Shown here: piece by piece, positions 10,293 through 20,693 of the stretch
Position numbering within the stretch: the first letter of the stretch is position 1
Layout of the letters: each line of letters begins with the position of its first letter
Origin: Candidatus Bathyarchaeota archaeon
Lineage (GTDB): Archaea; Thermoproteota; Bathyarchaeia; Bathyarchaeales; DTEX01
Reading direction: 5' to 3'
Assembly (NCBI GenBank): GCA_963714275.1
Contig: CAVQNT010000002.1
Location: 576,001 to 640,000 of the forward strand
Length of the DNA: 64,000 nt
Translations under genes and position numbers: made by a program
The notes under the pieces: model-generated
The model's input: only the letters and a program-made list of their open reading frames with translations
Database searches by the model: none
What the model was told of the DNA's origin: nothing

Positions 10293-10407
10293 TTTAACTA
10301 CCTTACAATGAGTTACGGACTACTGAAATAAGCGTTTTTAACGCAACAGAATATTTTTCTTTTACAAACGGAATTGGGTTTGAACCATTTCGTTGGCTAG
10401 CTAGGCA

Positions 10408-11007
10408 TTATCGAATTACGATTTCAATGTCGTCAACATAGTAGGTCATTAAGGTTTCCCAGCGAACCGAGATTCCTAAGGCAACCCATACTTCGCCGCC
10501 TGACCCAGTGTTAACGGTGGTTTCAAAACTGTACAGCTTCCAGCCAGCAACTTGGTTAGCGGCACCAAGAACTTCAAGGTCTTCTTCCGTCTCTGGATTG
10601 TTAGCTCTTGAGTAGCCTACGACCGCAGTTATGGTGTTGAAGCTTTCCTCTTCGCTGTAGAGCCAGAATGACACCGTCACCTTAACCTGTACGTTCCTTG
10701 GCGTAACAAAATTTCTTTCTAGCCATAGGGTTCCGTCATCCTGTCTGCCGTCGATGATCAGTTTGATGGTGTATTGACCTGAATGCGTTGTGCCCGTTGT
10801 TCTTGTTATATACCATTCTACTGTTTGGTTGAGATTGTTGGGATCAGGGGGAACGTCAGCGTCGATAACCCAGTCTCCGAACCCGTCCTCAAAGTCTTCC
10901 TTCAACGTAAACGGGTTTAGATACAGCCAAACCTGCCAAGCGCTGAAACTCCCAGCTACAACGAGCACAAGCAAAATGATATAGATGATTTTGCGGTTCA
11001 TTCTCAC
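10408..11007 (-). CDS. Membrane-anchored/secreted beta-sandwich (carbohydrate-binding-like) protein
   Basis: N-terminal TM; EDFEDGFGDW...AHSG-like...YYVDDIEI jelly-roll signature. Confidence 0.7.
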   Translation of the reverse strand: MRMNRKIIYIILLVLVVAGSFSAWQVWLYLNPFTLKEDFEDGFGDWVIDADVPPDPNNLNQTVEWYITRTTGTTHSGQYTIKLIIDGRQDDGTLWLERNFVTPRNVQVKVTVSFWLYSEEESFNTITAVVGYSRANNPETEEDLEVLGAANQVAGWKLYSFETTVNTGSGGEVWVALGISVRWETLMTYYVDDIEIVIR

Positions 11008-11148
11008 AGCTTCATAAACATCAAATAACGAATATTGATACTAGCATTGAGTAAGATAATACTAAATCTTAGAACAATCAACTCGAAGACCGTCCAGAAA
11101 CCAGAACAAAAACAAATTATAATACAGCTGAAAATTACATAAATTTTA

Positions 11149-12384
11149 TTGGATTTCCATCTTGCCATTGAATACAGAAGCATGCGTGAGACAATGAAGA
11201 CCGAAGAAAAAGACATACTGGTAATCGGCGCAGGACCAGCTGGGCTAATCGCTGCCTGTGAAGCTGCAACCAAACAAGCTGACGTCGCAGTCCTAGAGGA
11301 GCATGAGGAAATTGGGAAGCCATGCCACTGCGCAGGATTACTTAGCCTCAGAGGCTTGGAAAGATTAGGTGCGCCTACTGATGGAGCTTATGTTCAGAAC
11401 AAAGTCAAGGGTGCACGCTTCTTCTCGCCCTCAGGATTATCCTTCACTGTCGAAAAAAGCGATCCTGTAGCATGCGTCATAGACCGCAGCATTTTCGACA
11501 GGTTTCTGGCACAAAAAACAGCAGAAGCAGGCGTCCGAATAAGCCTAAATGAACAAGTAAAAGGCATAAAACGCAGCGAAAAAGAAACCGTTATACAATC
11601 AGAAAATAAAAAAATTTATGCAAAGATGGTCATTGACGCTGAAGGCGCGTCCTCGAGGATTATAAAAGACATGGGTTTCAAGCCTATAAACCGCGACTCA
11701 GTTGTTCCAGGGATACAACAGGACCTTGAAAATGTCAGCGTAGACCCCGAATATGTTGAAGTCTATTTTGGCAGCAAGATAGCGCCTAGGTTCTTTGCGT
11801 GGATCATCCCCCTAAGTGAAAACAAGGCAAGAGTCGGCTTAGGATGTAAAGGAGAAAATTCTAAGGAGCACCTTGACGAGTTTGTTAAAAGACATTTTGG
11901 AAACGGATATTATTTGAAGCGTGGTGACGTCCGTTCTGGCTTGATTATAACTGGTGGTCCTGTTGACAGAACTTTTGGCGATCGGTTTCTTGTTGTGGGC
12001 GACGCAGCGGGTCAGGTAAAGCCCACGACAGGCGGAGGAGTCATCCTTGGAGGAATATGCGCTTCAATTGCTGGAAAAATCGCATCTGAAGCTGTTGCCT
12101 GCGGAGATTGTTCTATCTCATTTCTTGGTCGATACGAAACTTTGTGGAAAGACGAGATTGGCAAGGATTTTAGGTCAATGCTGTTAGCTAGAAAGGTTAT
12201 GAATCGCCTTTCTGACCGAGCTATAGACAAGCTCTTCAACATCGTAATAAAAGAGGACCTACAGGGGCTTTCTTCCGCAGAAGGTGATATGGACTTCCAA
12301 AGCAGCGTCATCCTGAAGATGCTTAGGAAAAAAGAGATTCTTGGAGTCTTACCTTCCTTTCTAAGAGCTCTTGTTCCTTTCTAG
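11149..12384 (+). CDS. Geranylgeranyl reductase family flavoprotein
   Basis: IGAGPAG, PCHCAG, FAWIIP, VGDAAGQVKPTTGGG. Confidence 0.93.
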   Translation: MDFHLAIEYRSMRETMKTEEKDILVIGAGPAGLIAACEAATKQADVAVLEEHEEIGKPCHCAGLLSLRGLERLGAPTDGAYVQNKVKGARFFSPSGLSFTVEKSDPVACVIDRSIFDRFLAQKTAEAGVRISLNEQVKGIKRSEKETVIQSENKKIYAKMVIDAEGASSRIIKDMGFKPINRDSVVPGIQQDLENVSVDPEYVEVYFGSKIAPRFFAWIIPLSENKARVGLGCKGENSKEHLDEFVKRHFGNGYYLKRGDVRSGLIITGGPVDRTFGDRFLVVGDAAGQVKPTTGGGVILGGICASIAGKIASEAVACGDCSISFLGRYETLWKDEIGKDFRSMLLARKVMNRLSDRAIDKLFNIVIKEDLQGLSSAEGDMDFQSSVILKMLRKKEILGVLPSFLRALVPF

Positions 12385-12495
12385 CCTCACATCATTTTTT
12401 AATGCCTTTGTTAACCTATTTTTTAAGGCTAGCAGAGAATAGCATATATATGGAAGAATTCTGTAATTATGCCGTTTCGTTTGAGGTGTAGACTG

Positions 12496-12741
12496 ATGAG
12501 TGAAGGCAAAACAGTCTCGATGCCCATGTGCACGTCATGCAACAGAATAATCGGTCCCGGAGCCGAAGCAACGAAGTTTCCATGCCCAAGCTGCGGAGAA
12601 ATCACAATCTGGCGATGCGCCAAATGCCGAGAGTTCAGACGGCTCTACAGATGCCCAAAATGCGGCTTTCAAGGACCTTCAGCTAAGACTTTGCCATTTG
12701 AAATTTTTGGATTCATCCTTTTCTTTTCTTCTTTGCTTTAA
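12496..12741 (+). CDS. Zn-ribbon protein (DUF1610/HVO_2753-like); real stop probably near 12685
   Basis: CTSC...FPCPSCG...RCAKCR...YRCPKCGFQGP; the family normally ends at GP. Confidence 0.88.
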   Translation: MSEGKTVSMPMCTSCNRIIGPGAEATKFPCPSCGEITIWRCAKCREFRRLYRCPKCGFQGPSAKTLPFEIFGFILFFSSLL

Positions 12742-12839
12742 AAACAAATTATATTATTAAAAAAGGAAGGAGCATAATGGACTTCTATTTTTAATAAAGA
12801 AGATCTTCACTCTTTACAGAACAAAGATTTACCAATTTT

Positions 12840-12985
12840 TGCGCCTCAAAACAACAGAACAGGTGCGCCGGCAAAACAGAAAGGATCTTTTTAGGCTGTG
12901 ATTTGTTACACAAATCAGATAGCCGCGAAGACGATACAAAGCGTTGTTCAAAATTAAAACTTGGTTGTTGAACAAAAAAGACTAA
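12840..12985 (+). repeat. Six-box dispersed element, copy B (boxes at 12840, 12864, 12904, 12942, 12966; box 3 absent)
   Basis: TGCGCCTCAAAACAACAGA, TGCGCCGGCAAAACAGA, TGTTACACAAATCAGA, CGTTGTTCAAAA, TGTTGAACAAAA. Confidence 0.9.
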
Positions 12986-13042
12986 GCAGAAACGCTTAAA
13001 CCCGTATAAATAAAGAAGGAAAGCTGGAAAGAAGGCTGGAAG

Positions 13043-14083
13043 ATGAAGGCAGTTGTAAAGTATGCTTCTGGACCCGGAAACGTTGAAAATAGGGATGTCC
13101 CTGAACCTTTCCCTGGACCTGACGAGGTTAAGATTGAGGTTAAAGCAGCAGGGATTTGCGGATCAGACCTTCACATTTACGACGGGGACATAAAGCTTCT
13201 GATGAGACTTCCAGTTGTCATTGGTCATGAATTCAGCGGAATCATAACGGAGGTAGGCTCATCCGTGTCCGAGTTCAAACCGGGCGAAAGAGTCAGCAGC
13301 GAAACCTCTGCCCAAGTCTGCGGTTCATGCATCTCTTGCCAAACTGGAAACTACAACGTTTGCGAACAGAAACGCTTAATCGGATACTGGTTCAACGGCG
13401 CATTCGCTAAATACTGCGTGGTTCCAAGCCGCCTAGTTCACCGCTTACCCGACAACGTGAGCTTCATTGGAGGCGCACTCTGCGAACCCCTAATGTGCTG
13501 CGTGAACGGGGTTCTCGAGAAAACAGCCATCTCGTCCGGAGACACCGTCGTCGTGGCAGGACCAGGCACAATTGGACTTTTAAGCCTGCAGTTGGTCAAG
13601 GCAGAGGGCGGATTCGTGATTCTGTGCGGCACATCAGCAGATAAAAGAAGGCTTGCTCTCGGAAAGAATCTAGGAGCAGACATAACAATAAACGTTGAAG
13701 AGCAGAATCCGCGGGAAACAGTTTCAGAAATGACCAAAGGCGAAGGCTGCGACGTTTTTCTTGAATGCTCAGGCTCTCCGAGCGCTGTCCGTATGGGGTT
13801 AAACCTTGTTCGGCGCGGTGGACAATACACTCAGCTCGGCTTAGCTGGACGCCCTTTTGAGCTTGATTTTGACCTTGTCGCATACAAAGAACTGACCGTG
13901 AAAGGAATGCTGGGGCAAAGGTGGACAGCGTGGAAACGTGGCATGGAACTGCTGGAAAAAGGATTAGTAAAAACTGAAGAACTAGTCTCAGACATCCTGC
14001 CTTTAACAAAGTGGCAAGAGGGCTTCGAAAAGATGAGACGCAGAGAAGGCATAAAAATAATCTTGAATCCACAGGAATGCTGA
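13043..14083 (+). CDS. Zn-dependent alcohol/sugar-alcohol dehydrogenase (MDR family)
   Basis: GICGSD, GHEFSG, CxxCxxC...C and GPGTIG. Confidence 0.93.
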   Translation: MKAVVKYASGPGNVENRDVPEPFPGPDEVKIEVKAAGICGSDLHIYDGDIKLLMRLPVVIGHEFSGIITEVGSSVSEFKPGERVSSETSAQVCGSCISCQTGNYNVCEQKRLIGYWFNGAFAKYCVVPSRLVHRLPDNVSFIGGALCEPLMCCVNGVLEKTAISSGDTVVVAGPGTIGLLSLQLVKAEGGFVILCGTSADKRRLALGKNLGADITINVEEQNPRETVSEMTKGEGCDVFLECSGSPSAVRMGLNLVRRGGQYTQLGLAGRPFELDFDLVAYKELTVKGMLGQRWTAWKRGMELLEKGLVKTEELVSDILPLTKWQEGFEKMRRREGIKIILNPQEC

Positions 14084-14131
14084 ATTATCTCTTGCTGCAC
14101 TAAGCCAAAGAAGGCTCCACTTTGACCGTAG

Positions 14132-14308
14132 CTATCCGGCAGCAAACTGCAAAAGCGTGCAAACTATTATTAATGCCACAGAAAAAATCACAATAACCTC
14201 TGGCCTGACCCGTATTCCAGGAGTGTCCTCCTCGAAAAACCTGAGCAAGCCCGCGCCAGCAGCTGGCATCGGAGCCATATCTTGCCTTTTTTTCCTTCTG
14301 AAACCCAT
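14132..14308 (-). CDS. secG: Preprotein translocase subunit Sec61beta (58 aa)
   Basis: Hand translation MGFRRKKRQDMAPMPAAGAGLLRFFEEDTPGIRVRPEVIVIFSVALII; AGL.RF.EE...I.P plus a C-terminal TM is the Sec61beta signature. Confidence 0.92.
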   Translation of the reverse strand: MGFRRKKRQDMAPMPAAGAGLLRFFEEDTPGIRVRPEVIVIFSVALIIVCTLLQFAAG

Positions 14309-14472
14309 TGTACATCATTCCAGAGGTTAGTTTCTCGAATAAAATTGGAACAATAACTAATTAAGTTTATGTTTTTAGTGCCTAATGCGTCTCAGATTTC
14401 AGCCTGTTGCCTAGCCCTTTTCTTATAAAGGTTATCGAAAGTCTTTTTTAACCTTAGACAGAAATATAGAGT

Positions 14473-16095
14473 ATGCAGACAAGGTTTATTTTTATTACTG
14501 GCGGCGTCATTTCTGGCTTAGGAAAGGGTATTGTCACTTCCTCTATTGGCAAAATGCTTCAATTCCGAGGCTTTAAGGTAAGTGCCTGCAAGATTGACCC
14601 TTACATAAATTTTGATGCTGGCACACTTAGGCCCACCGAACACGGCGAGGTGTGGGTGACTGAAGATGGGGGAGAAATCGATCAAGACTTAGGACACTAC
14701 GAAAGGTTCCTTGATGTCAACATCCCGAAAGACCACAACATTACGACAGGCCAAGTTTACAACGAAGTCATAACGAAGGAAAGGGCAGGAAAATACTTAG
14801 GTCAAACAGTTCAGCCAATCCCGCATGTTACGGATGAAATAAAAAGGCGGCTCAGAGAAAATGCCAAAGGTTCAGGGGCAGAGTTTTTACTCGTGGAGAT
14901 AGGCGGAACCGTAGGTGACTACGAAAACATCCTTTTTCTAGAAGCAGCAAGACAGATGAGAAGGGAAAAAGATCCCGTGCTCTACGTTCATGTAGCCTAT
15001 TTGCCTATTCCTAAAAGCCTCGGGGAGATGAAGACAAAAGCAGTCCAGCATTCGGTTCGTGAACTAAGAGAAATTGGCATTCAACCTGACTTCATTATTG
15101 GCAGAGGAGACACCTACCTCGATGATGTAAGGAAGAGGAAGATTGCCCTCTTCTGCAATGTCAATGAAGAAGATGTCATATCAGACCCTGAAATCGAGAA
15201 CATCTACAAGCTCCCACTCATTTTCGAGCAGGAAAAGTTCGGAGACAAAATTCTCGTAAAATTAAACATGCAATTAATGAAACCTCAAAACAAAGAATGG
15301 AGCGAATTTATCGAAAAAGTAGATGAGCTCAAGAATGAAGTGAAAGTAGGCATTGTCGGAAAATACTTTGACATAGGAAAATTTCAGCTTCCAGACTCAT
15401 ACGTCTCCGTCATCGAAGCAATCAAGCACGCAGCATGGCACAACAACCGAAAACCCTCCATCTCTTGGATAGACTCCAAACTTTTCGAAGAAAAAGAAGA
15501 AAACCTCAAAACACTAGAGAAAGTTGACGGTATAATCGTTCCCGGAGGCTTCGGAAAAACAGGAGTCGAAGGCAAAATAGTAGCAATAAAATATGTCCGA
15601 GAAAATGGCATACCGTTTCTTGGGCTTTGCCTTGGACTGCAGCTAGCGGTTGTAGAGTTCGCGAGGAACGTTTGCAGGTTGGAAGGAGCCAACACGGCTG
15701 AAATTGTGCCTGATACGCCTTACCCCGTGATTGACCTGTTGCCTGAACAGAAAGAAATCCTGAAGAAGTCGAAGTACGGAGCCACAATGAGGCTGGGTGG
15801 ACAAATAGTCAAAATAAAGCCAAGCACCCTTGCCTATAGGTTGTATGGTTGCGAAGAAGTTGTTGAAAGGTTCCGACATAGGTACGAAATTAATCCAGAA
15901 TACGTTGAAGTCCTTGAAAAAAATGGCTTTGTATTTTCAGGAATGACGCCTGACAAACGAATAATGCAGATAGGCGAACTTCCTCAACACCCATTCTTTA
16001 TCGGGAGCCAATTTCACCCCGAGTTCACGTCAAGAGTCTTGAAGCCTAATCCGCTTTTTAATGGGTTCATTCAATCCTGCGTCTCGAAAGATTAA
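14473..16095 (+). CDS. pyrG: CTP synthase
   Basis: TGGVISGLGKG, KIDPYIN, GLCLG, RHRYE, QFHPEF. Confidence 0.98.
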   Translation: MQTRFIFITGGVISGLGKGIVTSSIGKMLQFRGFKVSACKIDPYINFDAGTLRPTEHGEVWVTEDGGEIDQDLGHYERFLDVNIPKDHNITTGQVYNEVITKERAGKYLGQTVQPIPHVTDEIKRRLRENAKGSGAEFLLVEIGGTVGDYENILFLEAARQMRREKDPVLYVHVAYLPIPKSLGEMKTKAVQHSVRELREIGIQPDFIIGRGDTYLDDVRKRKIALFCNVNEEDVISDPEIENIYKLPLIFEQEKFGDKILVKLNMQLMKPQNKEWSEFIEKVDELKNEVKVGIVGKYFDIGKFQLPDSYVSVIEAIKHAAWHNNRKPSISWIDSKLFEEKEENLKTLEKVDGIIVPGGFGKTGVEGKIVAIKYVRENGIPFLGLCLGLQLAVVEFARNVCRLEGANTAEIVPDTPYPVIDLLPEQKEILKKSKYGATMRLGGQIVKIKPSTLAYRLYGCEEVVERFRHRYEINPEYVEVLEKNGFVFSGMTPDKRIMQIGELPQHPFFIGSQFHPEFTSRVLKPNPLFNGFIQSCVSKD

Positions 16096-16204
16096 TAACA
16101 ATAAAAACATTCATGAATCTACTTGAAATCAAGACTTTATGCCTATATTTGTGGGCCTAAAGCGAAAGACTTTTCTCTGATTGTTTCGTATGTTTATGAG
16201 AAAA

Positions 16205-17260
16205 ATGAGTACAAAGGCGGAATCTTGCTTGAAAGTTGGAGTTTTAACAGGCGGAGGAGACGCTCCGGGACTGAACGCCACGATTAGGGCTGTGGTTAGG
16301 AAATGCGAAAAATATGGATATGAAGTCGTCGGAATACGGTATGGCTGGGGTGGCTTGCTGGAACTTGACACGATGAAACTGAAATACGAAGACATAAAAG
16401 ATATAATCCACAAAGGCGGAACAATAATCAAGACTTCCCGAACCAACCCCATAAAAATGCAGGATGGAATCAAGAAGGCAGCCAAAAACTTCAAGAAACT
16501 TGGTTTAGACGCACTTATAGCAATAGGCGGAGACGACACATTAAGCGTGGCTGCTGCACTAAGCGACGCCAAACTCAACGTTATCGGCATTCCGAAGACG
16601 ATTGATTACGACGTTCCTGAAACGGAGTTTACTATAGGCTTCGACTCAGCAATTAATTTGGCTATGCGTACAATCGAGAATCTTCAGGACACAGCTGAGT
16701 CCCATGACAGAGTCTTCGTAGTCGAAATAATGGGAAGGCACGCAGGCTGGATTGCCCTTTACTCCGGACTAACTGCTGGTGTTGACCTGATCCTGATTCC
16801 CGAGGAACCCTTCAGCATCAAGGACGTGGTGAACTTTGTGAAGAAAAAAACATCAAAAAAGGGAGGCCAATCAGTCATAATTGTTGTGGCTGAAGGAGCT
16901 GTAATCAAAGACTACGAAGGTCCCGTAACGAAGGATACAAGCGTTGACCAGTTCGGGCATGTACGCCTTGGTGGCATAGGAGAATTTCTTGCGAAAGAGA
17001 TAGAGAAAGCAACAGGCGCAGAAACCAGAGCTGTTGTCCCTGCGCACACAATTAGAGGAGGACCCCCAACGGCTATGGACCGCATTGTTCCAACAAGGTA
17101 TGGATTGGCAGCTGTTGACTTAGTAAAGCAGGGGAAGTTCGGCTACATGGTGGCGCTGAAAGCTGGAGAAATTGTGCCAGTTCCGCTTTCGAAGGCGACA
17201 GGAAAAACCAAGACCGTCAGCAAAGAGCTGTATGGAGAAGCGAAAGTCTTCTTTGAGTAA
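16205..17260 (+). CDS. pfp: PfkA-family 6-phosphofructokinase with PPi-type signature
   Basis: TGGGDAPG, GGDDT, PKTID, EIMGR. Confidence 0.88.
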   Translation: MSTKAESCLKVGVLTGGGDAPGLNATIRAVVRKCEKYGYEVVGIRYGWGGLLELDTMKLKYEDIKDIIHKGGTIIKTSRTNPIKMQDGIKKAAKNFKKLGLDALIAIGGDDTLSVAAALSDAKLNVIGIPKTIDYDVPETEFTIGFDSAINLAMRTIENLQDTAESHDRVFVVEIMGRHAGWIALYSGLTAGVDLILIPEEPFSIKDVVNFVKKKTSKKGGQSVIIVVAEGAVIKDYEGPVTKDTSVDQFGHVRLGGIGEFLAKEIEKATGAETRAVVPAHTIRGGPPTAMDRIVPTRYGLAAVDLVKQGKFGYMVALKAGEIVPVPLSKATGKTKTVSKELYGEAKVFFE

Positions 17261-17323
17261 AAAGCCTTCATTACGAACGAAAAACCAAGAAGAACCTTTT
17301 TCTATTTTTTTGGTTCATTTAGG

Positions 17324-20300
17324 CTACGTGTATTCGATTCCTAAGGGTCTCTTCAGGAAGTCGAAGATTTCTTCCATTTCCTGAATCTTGTTTCTTAACT
17401 CCGCAAGTCTTGCCTGTAGGGGTCCGCATGTTTTCACGTATTCTTCTTCCGTGATTTCGCCTAGGTTGTATGAGGTCGTGATTCTTTCTACCTCAACTTC
17501 GATTTTTCCGATGTCGTCATGAATCAGTTTGTGATGAGGCTCTAGGTTAATGGTCATTGTTCTCAGATTCTTGGATTTTTCTTCAATTATGCTTATGTAT
17601 TTCTCTCGGAACTCGTTGTAGATTTCATCCGAAAGCTTACCTTTCTGTCCATCCAATATCCTGATTTTCTTGCTGCAGTCTTTGACTTGGTTCACGATTT
17701 CCTTGATTTCGGACATAATTTCCTCTATGGTCTTAACCTTCCGTGGGGCTTCTCTGATAATCGTCATCTTCAACTGCATTTCTTTCCAAGAAGAGAACCC
17801 GATCATGTACTGTTCTAAGTCTCGGGTTATCTGCCTGATCCTTTCGTAGTTGCGGTAACTTACTGGGAACTGAATGACGGGTATGAGGATGTCGCCTTCT
17901 CTCACGCCTTTTATTTCGCATGGCACAGTGACTCGAGCCATTTCGCCCATCGCGACGAAGGACACGACGAATGTTCCGTCCCTATATAGCTCTCCTTTGA
18001 CCGAGTGAGGGTCCACGAGCGACGTTTTGAATTTCCCGATGGTTTCTCTAATGTAAGAAAAGAGCATCTCTCCGTTCTGAACGCTTTCTCTGATTGGTAG
18101 TGTTAATGTTGTGATGCCACCGGAGGTTATTAGTTCCCCGACCATTTCCCGTTTTTGTTCCCTGCCCAAGAGGCTTATTCCGCGTGCCCTCGCGGCAGGT
18201 ATGTATCCTCCCAGAAACACCATAACCACGCCAGTCAAGAGTGCAACAAGTATTGAGGGCATTGACCAATGAGCAAGCGGAAGTGACAGTGTTTCTAGAC
18301 CCGACGTAGATATGAAGCTGGACATGAAAGATAGTCCAGCTCCCAAAATGTAGCTACCAAAGAAACCGATGAACGTGCCCATTAAACCGAGTAGAAGAGC
18401 TTCAACGAGGAAAACCTGAAATGCGTTCTTGGGATCAAGCCCAAGCGTGGCTAATGTAGAAAATTCTCTTCTTCTTTCCTCATATACTGACACCATTGTG
18501 GTGTACATCATCAATCCCGCAATTACGAGCGGTGGTATGTAAGGAATAAGCCCAGTAACCGAAAACTCCGTTGACCACACAATTTTTTGGGATATTCCGT
18601 CCTTGTTGGCTATAGTTGGAACCGCTAAAGTGTATGCGAGTTCTTTAGCGACATCAACCGGATTGACGCCTTGGTTTACGAGAATCGTAACTTCAGAAAT
18701 GACAATTGCTGGATCTCTTAAAGACTTTAATGGAATTAGAACAACCAAGGAAGCATCCTCAAACAAGGGAGTGTTATCTAACTTTATTAGATCGCTGAAG
18801 GCTGTCTGTGGGTCGAATACGCCTACTACACGAAACTCGCCCACTGTTCTAGTGATAGGGAACATAACTGTCTCTGTTATGGTTAAACCGACAGTCTTGG
18901 TTTACCATGAAACCAAAGTCAGATGGAACAATGATTACAGGTTCTCCTTCCACAAATTGGTTCCAGAGCCCCGTGACACGTCTAGATATGTTATAATATT
19001 TTTCCATGTAAGCGGGATCTATGCATACTACATTGATGTTTGTGTAGCTACTTCCACCAACAGAGATGGACACTCTACGAGCCAAGACGGATCCCGATGA
19101 CAATTCCTCTTGTGGCTGTATCGTTTCAATGTAAGATAGTTCCTTGCACCATTGCTGCAGACGAGTCCAGTTTACATCGTACTCAGTTATTGAGGCTACG
19201 GAAGTGTCTGGCACCACTAATACACCCGAAACGTTGGTGCCTATCCATTGCTCCTCAAATTTAGTTTCTCGGCTCATAGAAATATTTACGAAGACTATGG
19301 CTGAAGAAACAATAATTACGATTGTTATTAAGGTCAGCAAGGTTCGGGATTTTCTGCGTTTCAGACTTCTTACACCTAATTGTAGAGCGAGATCTGTCAT
19401 TGTCTTCTGGCGTACTGACAGCAACTGCATAGCGAAATAGGTTAAGCATCCTATCACGAAGCAACCTATCAGAGACAAGGGTAGGCTAACGCTTCTACTC
19501 CCAATTAACATAGCGAAGGTTATTTTCAGGGAAGGGTGAGAAAGAGAAAACATTAACATGACGAGAAAGAAAATTAGCACTTTAGTTATTAGCCGAATCT
19601 TGTTTTGGGATGGTTCATCAAAAACAAAGCTCGAAAGTAAAGACCCTAACCCGTACGCGAACAGGCTTATACCAATAGCTGTCAATACAGCTGTAACCTT
19701 ATTGTCAGAGAGCCATTTCATGAGATCGAGGAATTTGCTGGCTGAAGTCTTTGCACCACCAAAGGCCGATGTGTATTCGCCTGCTCTGTAAAGACCTAGA
19801 ACTCGATTCCAGAGGCTTTTGATTGCATTATATTCCTCTAGTTCTTTATCAAGTGGATATCCTGTGGAGTTGAAGAATTCAACTTCCTTATACATACTGT
19901 ACGTCGCACGTTCCACGTATTCAACGGCCGCATGGTACATCCAGTTGATTGAGGTCGTGTTTTCGTCTACTTTAACTATCAACGGCGAAATAGGATCCTG
20001 ACCATACCTTAACTTTTCAGTTTCAATGTTTGCCCACTCTGTGGTTCTATGGTAGATAACAATTTCATAATTAAGCGGGAAGAAATATAGCCGCTCAAAC
20101 GTGCTTCCATTACTAGGTATGTCTGTTTGGATTGCTGGTGTTAATATGAGATTCTGAGGTTCTCCAGTTATTGGGTCACAGTCAAGAACTCTAACAAGTT
20201 TTCCCTTAAGAACCCATATTGTACCCTCTATGTACTGCTTGTTAGTTAAAACCCTGTTCGATAAACCAATTCCCAGTCCAGAATGTATTGTGTGGTTCGC

Positions 20301-20693
20301 GCTATATTGTTCTTGATAACGGAATGTTTGAAGCTCTTCTATGAACGTGTTTTGTACTTTAATCAATGTATAATTGTCTGACAGATCAACATCCATGAGT
20401 ACCATGGTGTCAGGAACATAAGTTGTATTCACGTTTCCAAGGGATATTTGTACAACTCCAATCTCACTTGTGTGATTAGAGATTCTCCTGTAGCCCCAAT
20501 CCGTGTAAACATCAATTGTCACGGATAGGTTTGCAACAGCAATGCCTGTGTTATATTCTCTAACCTGTATAGACAAGTAAATAGGCACCGTCTCTACTTC
20601 CTGAAGAACATTAGCAGCTTGGGCTGGCATGGAAGTAAATGACGTGCAAAACGCAAGTAGAAGCATAAGAATAACTATTCGTGAGACCTTCAT
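17324..20693 (-). CDS. Large FtsX/MacB-like permease with signal peptide, extracellular domain and C-terminal CdvA/SHOCT-like coiled coil; frameshift near 18860-18890
   Basis: RSLKRRKSRTLLTL and SVYEERRREFSTLATLG..P....VFLVEALLLG permease motifs; C-terminal YNLGEITEEEY. Confidence 0.85.
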
